Shown: one piece after another, positions 10,219 through 10,720 of the stretch
Position numbering within the stretch: the stretch's first letter is position 1
Layout of the letters: every line of letters starts with the position of its first letter
Source of the DNA: Paraphysomonas bandaiensis
Lineage: Eukaryota > Protista > Chrysophyceae
Assembly: GCA_965644295.1 (NCBI GenBank)
Contig: CBFFRP010000171.1
Coordinates: 1 to 10,720, forward strand
Reading direction: 5' to 3'
DNA length: 10,720 nt
Notes under the pieces: generated by a model
The model's input: only the letters and a program-made list of their open reading frames with translations
Told to the model about the DNA's origin: nothing
Database searches by the model: none
Position numbers and translations under genes: made by a program

Positions 10219-10236
10219 TTAGGGTTAGGGTTAGGG
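10219..10236 (+). repeat. Proximal telomeric block (TTAGGG)3
   Basis: Three perfect repeats directly after ...caataagg. Confidence 0.95.
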
Positions 10237-10360
10237 TTCAAATGTCATCTGCATGGATACAATTAACAATCTTTCAAGGGTCATGTCCTACGAAAATATA
10301 CGATTAAATACGAAGTATATTTCACAATTGCACTTACCAGTATGCTTCCTATCTCATCGC
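10237..10360 (+). repeat. 124-bp exact direct copy of 8304-8427 (kinase exon/intron/exon) embedded in the telomere
   Basis: ttcaaatgtcatctgc...cctatctcatcgc is identical base for base to 8304-8427 (offset 1933). Confidence 0.97.
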
Positions 10361-10384
10361 TTAGGGTTAGGGTTAGGGTTAGGG
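10361..10384 (+). repeat. Internal telomeric block (TTAGGG)4
   Basis: Four perfect repeats between the two non-telomeric inserts. Confidence 0.95.
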
Positions 10385-10399
10385 TTTTATACTATTCGA

Positions 10400-10697
10400 T
10401 TAGGGTTAGGGTTAGGGTTAGGGTTAGGGTTAGGGTTAGGGTTAGGGTTAGGGTTAGGGTTAGGGTTAGGGTTAGGGTTAGGGTTAGGGTTAGGGTTAGG
10501 GTTAGGGTTAGGGTTAGGGTTAGGGTTAGGGTTAGGGTTAGGGTTAGGGTTAGGGTTAGGGTTAGGGTTAGGGTTAGGGTTAGGGTTAGGGTTAGGGTTA
10601 GGGTTAGGGTTAGGGTTAGGGTTAGGGTTAGGGTTAGGGTTAGGGTTAGGGTTAGGGTTAGGGTTAGGGTTAGGGTTAGGGTTAGGGTTAGGGTTAG
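10400..10697 (+). repeat. Terminal telomere array, (TTAGGG)49 + TTAG
   Basis: Perfect TTAGGG hexamers with the G-strand running 5'->3' toward the sequence end. Confidence 0.99.
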
Positions 10698-10720
10698 AGC
10701 AATACGTAACTGAACGAAGT
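10698..10720 (+). other. Oxford Nanopore ligation adapter remnant (artefact)
   Basis: AGCAATACGTAACTGAACGAAGT is the reverse complement of the ONT adapter end ACTTCGTTCAGTTACGTATTGCT. Confidence 0.97.

Noticed and set aside
9611-10266. Cys/His/Tyr-rich ORFs
   Set aside because: Their composition is the direct result of the TA/TG/CA minisatellite.
10219-10405. CRISPR array interpretation of the repeat/spacer pattern
   Set aside because: The repeats are telomeric hexamers, spacer lengths are very unequal, there are no cas genes, and the context is eukaryotic.
10342-10713. 123-aa ORF of (VR)n
   Set aside because: It is the translation of TTAGGG repeats running into the adapter; its ATG comes from the antisense gene fragment.

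Overview
This is the right-hand end of a eukaryotic chromosome, probably from a protist, read out to the physical terminus: (TTAGGG)n followed by an untrimmed Oxford Nanopore adapter. The only intact gene is on the minus strand. Three short GT-AG introns (76, 48 and 50 nt) join four ORFs of the track into one ~1916-aa Ser/Thr kinase with a Tudor-like module, a non-RD kinase domain and a possible degenerate phosphatase-like tail. Its telomere-proximal 5' extension appears decayed. Positions 1-2.6 kb are a graveyard of decayed ORFs and repeats plus a complete 89-bp hAT-type MITE. The subtelomere holds a ~33-bp degenerate minisatellite and a hAT-like element cut off by telomere addition. The most striking feature is that the telomere array is interrupted by a perfect 124-bp copy of an exon-intron-exon segment of the kinase gene from 1.9 kb away, and by a second 13-15 nt non-telomeric insert.
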